From assembly GCA_964463245.1 (NCBI GenBank), contig CAYXBU010000004.1, forward strand, positions 1 through 55,467: a stretch of 55,467 nucleotides of DNA. The letters are read 5' to 3'. Positions 1-7,777 of this stretch are shown here, piece by piece (position 1 is the first letter of the stretch; every line of letters starts with the position of its first letter). Origin of the DNA: an uncultured Clostridium sp. (GTDB lineage: Bacteria > Bacillota > Clostridia > Oscillospirales > CAG-272). Made by a program: the position numbers and the translations under genes. The notes beneath the pieces were generated by a model, which saw only the letters and a program-made list of their open reading frames with translations, was not told the origin of the DNA and did not search any database.

Positions 1-230
1 TTGCCGGCTTGGTCGCGGGCTTAGTAGCAGGCTCGGTAGGCGGTTCTGTGGGTGGCTCGGTGGGGACCGCAGTTGCCGGCTTGGTCGCAGGCTTAGTAGC
101 AGGCTCGGTAGGCGGTTCTGTGGGTGGTTCGGTGGGTGGTTCGGTGGGTGCCGCTGTTGCCGGCTTGGTCGCGGGCTTAGTTGCCGGCTCGGTCGCCGGT
201 TCGGTCGCCGGCTCGGTAGGTGCGGTGGTC
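1..230 (-). repeat. In-frame tandem DNA repeats (72- and 84-bp units) inside the Pro/Thr-rich CDS
   Basis: TTGCCGGCTTGGTCGC... restarts at nt 1, 73 and 157. Units 1 and 2 are identical over about 55 nt except one G/A change, and unit 2 carries an extra 12-nt subunit. The array continues beyond the window edge. Confidence 0.85.
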
Positions 231-892
231 GTTGGCTCGGTGGGCGGCTCGATAGGCGGCTCGGTAGGCGGCTCCACGGCAGATTCGCTCTCGCCGGGGG
301 TGATCTCGCTGTCTGTGGCATCCGAAGGGTCGGTCTCGGTGACAGGGGGATCGGTGTCGGGGGGCGTGGTCGCATCGGAGGTCGGCTCGCTCGTGTTCCA
401 CCAGGAGGGCGGCGCGATGGTTTCTCGATCGGACTTGCTCTCGCTGGGACGAGTGGTCTCGCGATCGCCGGTTCCCGGTTCGCCCTCGGCGGTCTCATCA
501 TACCCGGGGATTATGTAGTTTCCGTTTTTATCAGTCTCGATGATGGGGTCTCCGTTTTCGTCGGTGGGGAGTTCATAAATAGGTGCTGCTGTCTCCGGGC
601 GGATATAGGTGCCCGGGCGGTCGATCTTGGGACCATCTACATAGGAGGTGTCATTGAAACGCTTGTATTTCGAATAGAGGAAGATTCCGATTGCTAAGAT
701 GAGTGCCAGGATGAGAGAGCCGATCACGATCAGGACGATGCTCGTGATGCGCCATGCCAGCGAACGCTTCTTCTTAGTCGGCTTTGGAGGTTCCTCGGTC
801 GGAGAGTCCTCGATTGGAGTGTCCTCGATTGGAGTGCCTTCAGTCAGAGCATTCTCGTGTAGAGCATCCTCGTTTTGCCTGTTTTCCTGCAT
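1..892 (-). CDS. Single-pass membrane protein with Pro/Thr/Glu/Lys-rich tandem-repeat C-terminal region (3' end cut by window edge)
   Basis: Absent from the ORF track because it has no in-window stop. ATG is the rc of 890-892, with GGAG 4 nt upstream. The frame stays open to nt 1 (297 codons, hand-translated): MQENRQNEDALHENALTEGTPIEDTPIED...KKKRSLAWRITSIVLIVIGSLILALILAIGIFLYSKYKRF (one TM helix), then TEPP/TEPA/TKPA repeats. The + ORFs 9..518 (GSV-rich) and 699..1079 are its antisense shadows. Confidence 0.7.
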   Translation of the reverse strand, partial: MQENRQNEDALHENALTEGTPIEDTPIEDSPTEEPPKPTKKKRSLAWRITSIVLIVIGSLILALILAIGIFLYSKYKRFNDTSYVDGPKIDRPGTYIRPETAAPIYELPTDENGDPIIETDKNGNYIIPGYDETAEGEPGTGDRETTRPSESKSDRETIAPPSWWNTSEPTSDATTPPDTDPPVTETDPSDATDSEITPGESESAVEPPTEPPIEPPTEPTTTAPTEPATEPATEPATKPATKPATAAPTEPPTEPPTEPPTEPATKPATKPATAVPTEPPTEPPTEPATKPATKPA

Positions 893-955
893 GATTCTCC
901 GTGCCCGCCTGCGGGCGTCCTTTCCAAGAGGCAAAATGCCTCTTTTATATCCTTT

Positions 956-984
956 ATTATACCACATTTGGCTCTGTATCGCAA
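956..984 (-). promoter_or_regulatory. Sigma-A type promoter TTGCGA-17-TATAAT (extended -10 TGG) for the repeat-protein gene
   Basis: rc of 979-984 is TTGCGA and rc of 956-961 is TATAAT, with an exact 17-nt spacer. It lies about 65 nt upstream of the ATG at 892. Confidence 0.55.
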
Positions 985-1140
985 CAGGTTTCCAGAAAAG
1001 TTTACAAGTCGTTCGCACAGAGGATCCGGGCGGTAGAAGTCTGTTGAACCGTGTCATATCCTGCCGCCGTCGCATATGATGGGAGTGGGCAAGACCCTCC
1101 GTGGGTAAACCCCAACCATTGCTTCAAGGAGGTCATCCAT

Positions 1141-2043
1141 ATGTCTGAGAATAAGTTCCCCTGCGGCGCACCGCCCGCCCAGAACGGTTGCGGCAGAGAG
1201 GGTCCACGGGGCAGTGCCTGCATCGAGACCGGCCGCATCCTGGATTCCTGTCGGGACAGGGATTGCTTTGAGAATGTCCGCGTATTTCTGACCGAGATGG
1301 GACAGGAGCTGATCGAGAGCACGAGTCAGGTGCGGGTCAAGGAATGCTGCATCGCCTGGACCTACATCGGCATCGACCCTGTGCAGTTCAATCGGGGCTT
1401 CTACTCCATCACCGTCCGCTTTTTCGTCAAGCTGATCTGCGAGGCCTGCGTGTGCGGCGGTCGCGGGCAGGAGTTTGACGGCATCGCCGTGCTGGAGAAG
1501 CAGGTGGTGCTCTTCGGCGGGGACAGCAGTGTCAGCGTCTTCCGCAGCAGCGGGGATTCCTCCACCTTCTGCGCCGAGCCGGAGCCGTGCTACAAGGAGC
1601 GCAGTGTGCCTACCGCCGTGGTGGAGGTCGTGGATCCCATTGTGTTGGGGAGCCGCGTGCTGGAGCCGTGTGACGGATCGGGTCTGCCGGACGGTCGCCC
1701 CGGGGACATCCCGGAGTCCATTGCGGCCTGCCTGTCGGGACCTTTGGCCTCGGATGCGCCGTCCGGCACCTGCGGGTGTGGCAACCCGCCGCCCCGTCCG
1801 CGCCGCGTGCTGAGCGTGTCGCTGGGCATCTTCTCCCTCATCCGCGTGGTGCGCCCCGCGCAGTATATCATCACGGCCTCCGAGTTCATCATTCCCGACA
1901 AGGAGTGCGTGACCGCCACCCCGAGTGACCCCTGCGCCCTGTTCCGCTCCATGGCTTTCCCGGTGTCGGAGTTCTCGCCGGTCGGCTTGACTCCCCCGCC
2001 GAGCGGCGGCGAGAAGCCCGGTCGGTGCGGCTGCGGCGGCTGA
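1141..2043 (+). CDS. Cysteine-rich hypothetical protein (300 aa, 20 Cys)
   Basis: ORF track 1051..2043 trimmed to ATG 1141 (MSENKFPCG...), which has AGGAGG 8 nt upstream. Contains CC, CxC and CGCG(G/N) motifs. No TM helix or signal peptide. No family recognised. Confidence 0.75.
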   Translation: MSENKFPCGAPPAQNGCGREGPRGSACIETGRILDSCRDRDCFENVRVFLTEMGQELIESTSQVRVKECCIAWTYIGIDPVQFNRGFYSITVRFFVKLICEACVCGGRGQEFDGIAVLEKQVVLFGGDSSVSVFRSSGDSSTFCAEPEPCYKERSVPTAVVEVVDPIVLGSRVLEPCDGSGLPDGRPGDIPESIAACLSGPLASDAPSGTCGCGNPPPRPRRVLSVSLGIFSLIRVVRPAQYIITASEFIIPDKECVTATPSDPCALFRSMAFPVSEFSPVGLTPPPSGGEKPGRCGCGG

Positions 2044-2067
2044 GGATACGCTCATACCGACAAGGGA

Positions 2068-2097
2068 GGGGAGGAGCTTCTGCAGAAGCTCCTCCCC
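2068..2097 (+). terminator. Perfect 13-bp GC-rich hairpin after the Cys-rich gene (no clear U-tract)
   Basis: GGGGAGGAGCTTC-TGCA-GAAGCTCCTCCCC, starting 25 nt after the stop codon. It is followed by AAAAGCATTTCTT, so it is not a canonical U-tract terminator. Confidence 0.5.
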
Positions 2098-2104
2098 AAA
2101 AGCA

Positions 2105-2462
2105 TTTCTTAAAGGTACTGGGGGTAGGGATCCCACAAGGAATACGACCTGCGGGTCGCAGCGATTGACGGTTTCAGACACAACTCCGACGGAGTGCGAG
2201 TAGACAAACTATAGGTAAGCATTCCCTCGACAGAATAAAGGGCACCTCTAAATATTCCGCGTGCTACGAGCGGCGAGAAGATTTTTTGTCAGTTTAAACA
2301 AAAAGTCGCGCGCGTAGTTCACCCTACGCGAAGGCTTTTTGTGACAAATGACGGAAAAGCTTCCGCCGATTCGTGGTGCGCGGGATTTTTAGAGGTGCCC
2401 TAAAATGTCAGGAAAGTCCTTGATGGGGGTCTGGTGGAAACTTCCTTCAGAAAGTTTCCCCC
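2105..2462 (+). repeat. Intergenic repeat family 1, copy A (5' hairpin module + 3' hairpin module, interrupted by a nested element)
   Basis: 5' module CTGGGGGTAGGGATCCCACAAGG (2118-2140). 3' module AAAGTCCTTGATGGGGGTCTGGTGGAAACTTCCTTCAGAAAGTTTCCCCC (2413-2462). These are homologous to copies at 19231-19380 (rc) and 40494-40633. Confidence 0.75.
2240..2400. mobile_element. 161-bp palindromic MITE-like element with 13-bp perfect terminal inverted repeats (repeat family 2, full copy)
   Basis: GGGCACCTCTAAA...TTTAGAGGTGCCC. The interior folds into one long imperfect hairpin with apex CGCGTAG-TTCACC-CTACGCG. No ORF. It sits inside family-1 copy A at a site that is contiguous in copy B. Confidence 0.6.
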
Positions 2463-2476
2463 GGAAAAAATGAAAC

Positions 2477-3553
2477 TTACATCCCGTGTATGACCCGCCC
2501 CGACAGGTAGGCGGGGTAACCGTCCTCACCGTCCTCGCACAGAGTCGGATCGAAGATCGGATTCTGGATCACCCCAAGCCCGCCCGGCTCGGACACCTGC
2601 AGGAAGCGACGACCGCTCGAATCCTTCCGGAAGGAGATGTTCATGTTGTCCACGATGGCGCAGAACTTCCCGCCGACGCAGTCAAAGCCGATCTCCATGT
2701 CCCCCGGCGCGTACCACAGGGCAAAGCAGTGCTGGTAGACCGGCGTAGCCCCGCCGAGGAGGCGGAAGCCGGTGGCCATCTGGTCGCTGTAGCAGTAGCT
2801 GTACCAGTTATTCTGGTGGCTCTGATCGTCAAAGCCGATGCTCTTCTTGAAGTCGATGGCATACTCCCGACCGTCGGCCAGGGCAGGGATGTGGTTGCGG
2901 GGCGCACCACCGAAGATGAGGAGCGGATGGATGTCCCGCAGGGAGTTCCCGCCACTGCGCAGGAGGATACCTGTCTGCACCGCCGCGATGCGCATATTGT
3001 GGGCGGTGTTGTCGTAGCCTTCCAGCAGGACTCCGATGGAATCCGGCATATTGTTGCCGACGATGTTGACCTCCTCGATGTCGGCATCCGAGGATCCACT
3101 GTTGGCACCGAACTTGATGTGGATGCCGACCTGGGTGTGCTTGATGGACACGTGGGAGATCAGGGTCTCGCGGCCGCTGTCCACGGATATGCCGTTTGCT
3201 AAGTGATTTCCGTCGATGATGCCGCCGCGGATGCCGTAGTTGCTCCCGTTGATCTCGATGGTGTTGTACGGCTCCTTGCCCCCCAGACGGATGAGTGCCT
3301 CGGTGTCCGTCCAGCTGTCGGCGGCCTTGATGGTGGCAAAATCCGACAGCACTAAGGACACCGCGTGCGCGGGGTCAGCGGGGGTACAGATGGGCTTGGC
3401 TAAGATGTATTCCCCGTCGGGGAAGTAGATGGTTCTGTGCGGGTTCTCGTCAATGATACGCTGGAGCGCGTCCGAAAGGTCGGCACCCGTGTTGGCCTCC
3501 AGATGATCTGTCACGACAAGGTAGCCCGGCAGGGGCTGTTCCGAAATGCTCAT
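2477..3553 (-). CDS. Right-handed beta-helix protein (pectate-lyase-3 / GH28-GH55-like fold), no signal peptide
   Basis: ORF track 2477..3664 trimmed to ATG 3553 (MSISEQPLPGY...), which has GGAGGAG 6 nt upstream. Motifs IYFPDGEYIL and repeated G-x-I-x-G/N-x beta-helix turns (GIRGGIIDGNHLANGISV, IEEVNIVGNN). The family call rests on pattern recognition only. Confidence 0.7.
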   Translation of the reverse strand: MSISEQPLPGYLVVTDHLEANTGADLSDALQRIIDENPHRTIYFPDGEYILAKPICTPADPAHAVSLVLSDFATIKAADSWTDTEALIRLGGKEPYNTIEINGSNYGIRGGIIDGNHLANGISVDSGRETLISHVSIKHTQVGIHIKFGANSGSSDADIEEVNIVGNNMPDSIGVLLEGYDNTAHNMRIAAVQTGILLRSGGNSLRDIHPLLIFGGAPRNHIPALADGREYAIDFKKSIGFDDQSHQNNWYSYCYSDQMATGFRLLGGATPVYQHCFALWYAPGDMEIGFDCVGGKFCAIVDNMNISFRKDSSGRRFLQVSEPGGLGVIQNPIFDPTLCEDGEDGYPAYLSGRVIHGM

Positions 3554-3567
3554 GTGAGGCTCCTCCT

Positions 3568-5652
3568 TTACTCGCGGTAGAGAAAATTGAACCGCCCGAT
3601 GGGCGCTGTCGACCCGTTCTCGTAGAAGTCCATGACCTCTGGCTTCTGCATATGGTCGCTCCACTTGAACTCAAAGTCCAGCTTGCCGACCGGCATATAG
3701 CTGCGGGGCAGGGCGACCGTCAGGCTCTTGCCGTTGACGTGCAGGGCGACCCTGCCGAGGGACTGCCAGGTAAAGCTGCCCGTCTGCGCGGTCGGGAGGT
3801 AGGCCTCCAGTGTGGCGCGACCTGCGGGGGCGGGCAGACGGCCGATGACCAGATCGTAGCCCTCCCAGCCGGTCTCTCGCTTGCGGTCGGTGTTGATGAA
3901 CAGGGTCATCCAACCCTCCCCCTCGCGCGGGGTGATGGGTTCGGCGCAGGTGACATGGAAGTAGACATAGTCGGCATCCCGCGCGACCTGCGCCTCCACG
4001 ATGTCGTTGCGCCCGCTGGTGTTGACGTAATGGTAGCCCTTGAAACCGTCCCAGTCGCGGTGCAGGGTCAGACCGCGCGGGGAGCGGTAGACAGGAGTCA
4101 CGTCCCGCCACTGACGCTCGCCGCCGGCCACACGGATGGTCTTCTCGGGGGACACCGCCTGACGGGCACCCGCTCCCTTGAAGCGGCGGATGTTGTGCGC
4201 CAGCTGGAGGTAGTAGGTGTCCAGGTAGCCGTCCCTGTCCATCTCAATGTCGCGGCTGTGCTCGCGGTCGTATTGATCCACCATGGCCAGCTGGGTGGAG
4301 TCGTTGTCCTTGAGCCACGGCTCGTGGAACTGCCCCATGATCCACTCGTTCCAGCCCGTGACGAACACCAGGTCGGGGTCAAGGTCAATGGCGCGATCCC
4401 ACTGCTCCTGCACATTGTAGCCGTACTTGTAGGAGTCACCGTTCAGGTGTGCAAAGCCGTCTCGGCCGGTGTAGCTCCGCCCGAAGGTGTCCTTCGCGTT
4501 GAAGTGGGTACAGATGCGTTCGGGGTTGGCGTTCTGCCCGACCCCCACCACGACCTCTTCGCAGCTGCCGTCGGGGCGGGTGACATACTTGTTCTGCGGG
4601 TAGACCTCCAGCCAGCCCCACTGGTCGGGGCGGGTGGCTCCGCCTGCGTACAGGGGTTGTCCCGGTCGGAAGGTGAAGAAGTTGCGGATCTCGTCCAGCA
4701 GCTTGGTGTCGCTTTCGCACAGCCCGACCTCGGGCAGAGCCTCGGGGTAGGCCATGACCAGCGGCTTGCCGTCCACGCGGAACCACAGGTCGGAGTACAG
4801 CCCCGGCTTGTACAGGTTCTGGTACAGGGCACGGAGCATCAGGTCGGTCTCGTGCATGGGACCGAAGTTCATCATGAAGGCGACCTGCGGGGTGCGGATG
4901 CCGTCCTCGCGCGCCTCGTGCAGACCTTGCAGGAGCGGCTCGTAAGCATCCCGCCAGAGCAGGGCACCGTTGGTGCAGTCGAACATGATCATGTCCACCC
5001 CTGCGGCGGCCAGGAGGGCGGCATGATGGCGAATGATCCACGGGTCGGAGTTGCGGTAGAAGCCATAGAACGGCTCATGCCAGTGGCACTGGAAGGGACC
5101 CTCGCCCCACGCGGGGTGATCCTTGCGGTACTCGGCGGCGGGGTATTGATCCAGCACGTCCACCACGTCCACGGGGCGCAGGTGCGCGTGGGACTCCCGC
5201 CATGTCCAGTAGAAGATACCTACCTTCTTATCCCGCCGCTTGCCCCGCACATCCTCCACCGAGGCGGCCTTGCGCCCCAGCATATCCGTGACCTCCCAGC
5301 TCTCGGAGGCGAAGTCGAGCAGATCCTTCTCGGGGGTCGGGGTATAGGTGGACGGCGGGTAGGCCTCCTCGGGGGAGACCGAGAGGGCGTACAGCTTGCC
5401 GCTCCGCTGGAGCTTGACCGTGACCTCATGTATGCCGACCGTTTCGTCGATGGCGAACACCACCTCGGTGGTGGGCTTTCCGTCGCTGGAAAGAGCCGTC
5501 GCGCCGATGGTCTTTCCGTCGGCGAACAGGATGGCGAAGCCGGTGTTCCCGGCATCCGAGAAGGTCAGGCGGGCACTGCGCGCACCGGTGCCGAAATCCA
5601 GCTGTCCTGCGCGGTAGATGCGATTTTCTGTATCGAATATCAGGTCTGTCAT
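3568..5652 (-). CDS. Putative cytoplasmic glycoside hydrolase (N-terminal beta-sandwich/CBM-like domain + TIM-barrel-like core); family not assignable
   Basis: ORF track 3568..5670. ATG 5652 (MTDLIFDTENRIY...) has AAAGGA 9 nt upstream, while ATG 5670 has no RBS. Shows GIFYWTW, DMIMFDCTNG and WNEW motifs typical of uncharacterised GH-like families. It sits 14 nt upstream of the beta-helix gene, so the two are probably co-transcribed. Confidence 0.7.
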   Translation of the reverse strand: MTDLIFDTENRIYRAGQLDFGTGARSARLTFSDAGNTGFAILFADGKTIGATALSSDGKPTTEVVFAIDETVGIHEVTVKLQRSGKLYALSVSPEEAYPPSTYTPTPEKDLLDFASESWEVTDMLGRKAASVEDVRGKRRDKKVGIFYWTWRESHAHLRPVDVVDVLDQYPAAEYRKDHPAWGEGPFQCHWHEPFYGFYRNSDPWIIRHHAALLAAAGVDMIMFDCTNGALLWRDAYEPLLQGLHEAREDGIRTPQVAFMMNFGPMHETDLMLRALYQNLYKPGLYSDLWFRVDGKPLVMAYPEALPEVGLCESDTKLLDEIRNFFTFRPGQPLYAGGATRPDQWGWLEVYPQNKYVTRPDGSCEEVVVGVGQNANPERICTHFNAKDTFGRSYTGRDGFAHLNGDSYKYGYNVQEQWDRAIDLDPDLVFVTGWNEWIMGQFHEPWLKDNDSTQLAMVDQYDREHSRDIEMDRDGYLDTYYLQLAHNIRRFKGAGARQAVSPEKTIRVAGGERQWRDVTPVYRSPRGLTLHRDWDGFKGYHYVNTSGRNDIVEAQVARDADYVYFHVTCAEPITPREGEGWMTLFINTDRKRETGWEGYDLVIGRLPAPAGRATLEAYLPTAQTGSFTWQSLGRVALHVNGKSLTVALPRSYMPVGKLDFEFKWSDHMQKPEVMDFYENGSTAPIGRFNFLYRE

Positions 5653-5705
5653 AGGGATACATCCTTTCATGACTGATTTGCGTGCAGCTGCTCTGCACTG
5701 CTATC

Positions 5706-5734
5706 ATCCTACCACATTTTGGCGAGAAAGTCAA
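5706..5734 (-). promoter_or_regulatory. Promoter TTGACT-17-TAGGAT (TGG extended -10) for the GH/beta-helix operon
   Basis: rc of 5729-5734 is TTGACT and rc of 5706-5711 is TAGGAT, with a 17-nt spacer. About 50 nt upstream of the ATG at 5652. Confidence 0.5.
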
Positions 5735-5828
5735 CCGGTTTCAAGCAATTATTCGACCTTTTATACAATTTCGGACGACCACCTGCGGGCTGCTCGGCTC
5801 GATTTTTTACAAAAAAAGCGATTTACCC

Positions 5829-5857
5829 TTTACAAATGCCTCCATTCGTGCTATAAT
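5829..5857 (+). promoter_or_regulatory. Promoter TTTACA-17-TATAAT (TGC extended -10)
   Basis: TTTACAaatgcctccattcgtgcTATAAT, 55 nt upstream of the ATG at 5912. Confidence 0.55.
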
Positions 5858-5911
5858 ATCCAAGTACGAAGCCCACCGATCGAGATCGGTGAGCGAGAAA
5901 GGAGTATGATC

Positions 5912-6391
5912 ATGTCATATTGTAAGAAATGCGGCACAGAGATCGAGGACGGCGTTAAGTTTTGTCCCTCCTGCGGCACGGCTACCGGGGAAAAGGCTGA
6001 TGAGACCTCCGGCAAGAGCTTTACCGACTCTGTGGCGGATCTGAACAACACCGCCGATACGACGGCAGAGTTCGATGCTAAAGACATTGAGGACAACAAG
6101 GTCATGGCGCTCTTGTCCTACATAGGCCCCCTGTTCTTGGTGCCTATGCTGGCGGCACCCAATTCCAAGTTTGCCCGCTATCACGCCAACCAGGGACTGG
6201 TGCTCTTTTTGGCAGAGCTGATCCTCAGCGCAGTGTCGTGGGTGATCGGGTTTATTCCGTTTGTGGGCTGGATATTCGGACTTGTGGCCGGGGTGGCCTC
6301 TTTAGCCGGTCTCATTCTGGGGATCGTCAACGCTGCCAACGGACGGGCAAAGGAGCTCCCGCTGATCGGGCACATTCGCCTGTACAAGTAA
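5912..6391 (+). CDS. Zinc-ribbon + DUF4870-like membrane protein
   Basis: ORF track 5618..6391 trimmed to ATG 5912 (MSYCKKCGTEIEDGVKFCPSCG), which has GAAAGGAG 7 nt upstream. C-terminal half has 3 hydrophobic helices with YHANQGLVLF. Confidence 0.8.
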   Translation: MSYCKKCGTEIEDGVKFCPSCGTATGEKADETSGKSFTDSVADLNNTADTTAEFDAKDIEDNKVMALLSYIGPLFLVPMLAAPNSKFARYHANQGLVLFLAELILSAVSWVIGFIPFVGWIFGLVAGVASLAGLILGIVNAANGRAKELPLIGHIRLYK

Positions 6392-6404
6392 GGCGGTATA
6401 CACG

Positions 6405-6440
6405 AAAAAGGGACGACCTTCAGAGGCCGCCCCTTTTTTT
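6405..6440. terminator. Bidirectional intrinsic terminator between convergent genes
   Basis: AAAAAGGGACGACC-TTCAGA-GGCCGCCCCTTTTTTT. The stem has two mismatches. There is an A-tract on the 5' side and a T-tract on the 3' side. Confidence 0.7.
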
Positions 6441-6441
6441 G

Positions 6442-7110
6442 TCAGATAGGTCTGACATAATGCGTATTCAGGAATGTCTCGATCACCCGAGCCAGCCGTG
6501 CGTTGCCCGCATCGTTGGGGTGCAGACCGTCCGGCATATAGGTCTCGCGCTGTATCGGGATGCGGGGATGCACACCGAAGCTCGCGTACAGATCCAGCAC
6601 GGGGATGGCGTACCGCTCGGCGACCTCCCGCATGATGTCCACATAGCCCTTGAGGGGGAGCATGGGCGGCTTGAAGCCGTCCCCGCGCGGATCCTCCTCG
6701 TTCCACCGACGGAGGGGGGTCATGAAGAAGATGAACTTGTCGGGGTAGGTGGTCAAGAGGTAGGAGAAGAGATGATCCAGTGCCCCGTAGAAGCTGTACA
6801 CATCCGTGTCCTGCGGGGTGCCGATGGGAGCCTGACCGTGTCCGTAGTCGTTTGTGCCGCCGAACACGCAGATTATGTCGGCATCCTTGTCCATGCTCTC
6901 GGCGCGCAGGTTGAAGTCCAGATCAAAGGACTCGGGGACACTTTTCTGTGTCTGCCGCGCAACGCGGGTACCGCTGACTCCGTACCCGACCGTCTGCATC
7001 CCGGTGCTCTCGCCCAGCACGCGCCAGTAGACCTTGTCAGGGGACGAGGTACCGACCCCCTCGGTGATGGAGTCTCCGAGAAATATGGCCTTAAGACCCT
7101 TGAGTTCCAT
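6442..7110 (-). CDS. SGNH/GDSL-family hydrolase
   Basis: 222 aa. Block I FLGDSITEG, block III GGTNDYG, block V DGLHPND. Confidence 0.85.
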   Translation of the reverse strand: MELKGLKAIFLGDSITEGVGTSSPDKVYWRVLGESTGMQTVGYGVSGTRVARQTQKSVPESFDLDFNLRAESMDKDADIICVFGGTNDYGHGQAPIGTPQDTDVYSFYGALDHLFSYLLTTYPDKFIFFMTPLRRWNEEDPRGDGFKPPMLPLKGYVDIMREVAERYAIPVLDLYASFGVHPRIPIQRETYMPDGLHPNDAGNARLARVIETFLNTHYVRPI

Positions 7111-7129
7111 GAGAAAAGCCTCCTTGAGA

Positions 7130-7777
7130 TCACGCCTTCGGCTTGCCGAAGATGTAGAATTTCTTTTCCGTTCCGTGGCAGAGCCGCACGATATTCGCGT
7201 GGTGTCGCAGGATCATAAAGAGAACGCACAGGGAGAAGAGGATCGTCGGGAGCAGGGAGTAGCTCCCCGCAGCGAACAGACCCCACAGGACTCCCGCCGA
7301 GGCGAGCATACCCGCCATGGTGGCCAGCGACATGAGGTTGAGGCAGAGGAGCAGGACGGTCATGAGCACTGTGCCGAGTAGGCCGGCTCGCCAATCTAAG
7401 AACCAGGAGGCGGTCAGGCAGACCAAGAACCCCTTGCCCCCCTTGAAGCCGTACCAGACGGGAAAGGCGTGTCCCAGCATGGCGGCGACGGCGGTCACCG
7501 AGACCCCCACCGTCCGACCGAGTCCGAAATGGCGGAACAGGAGACCGAACAGGGTAAAGAGCAGTGCCCCCTTGGCGATGTCCAGAAAGAAGACGAACCA
7601 AGCATACTTGCCGCCGAAGGAGCGTTTGAAGTTGGTAAAGCCCGCGTTTCCGCTCCCACAGGTGCGGATGTCCTTGTGGTAGATGGCGCGGGAGAGGATG
7701 ATGGCAGGGTTAAGCCCCGAGATCAGGTAACCCGACAGGACAGCGGCGATATACAGCAGAACAGTCGTAAGTTTCAT
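7130..7777 (-). CDS. plsY: Glycerol-3-phosphate acyltransferase PlsY (paralog 2)
   Basis: 215 aa polytopic. Motifs CGSGNAGFTN and FKGGKG. Its start codon abuts the stop of the upstream paralog (7778). Confidence 0.85.
   Translation of the reverse strand: MKLTTVLLYIAAVLSGYLISGLNPAIILSRAIYHKDIRTCGSGNAGFTNFKRSFGGKYAWFVFFLDIAKGALLFTLFGLLFRHFGLGRTVGVSVTAVAAMLGHAFPVWYGFKGGKGFLVCLTASWFLDWRAGLLGTVLMTVLLLCLNLMSLATMAGMLASAGVLWGLFAAGSYSLLPTILFSLCVLFMILRHHANIVRLCHGTEKKFYIFGKPKA

Noticed and set aside
1-230. Regularly spaced near-identical repeats that might suggest a CRISPR array.
   Set aside because: The units are directly adjacent tandem repeats with no spacers. They are in frame within a CDS, and no cas genes are present.
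9-518. GSV/GLVAG-rich + strand ORF (169 aa) and + ORF 699-1079.
   Set aside because: Both are antisense to a longer open minus-strand frame that has an RBS, an N-terminal domain, a TM helix and a Pro/Thr repeat region. The + ORFs are repeat shadows.
2413-2462. Family-1 terminal hairpins (also 19231-19260 and 40604-40633) as rho-independent terminators.
   Set aside because: In every copy the hairpin is followed by an A-rich run rather than a U-rich one in the sense orientation. In the antisense orientation the T-run precedes the stem. Copy B also sits in the middle of a tightly coupled operon.
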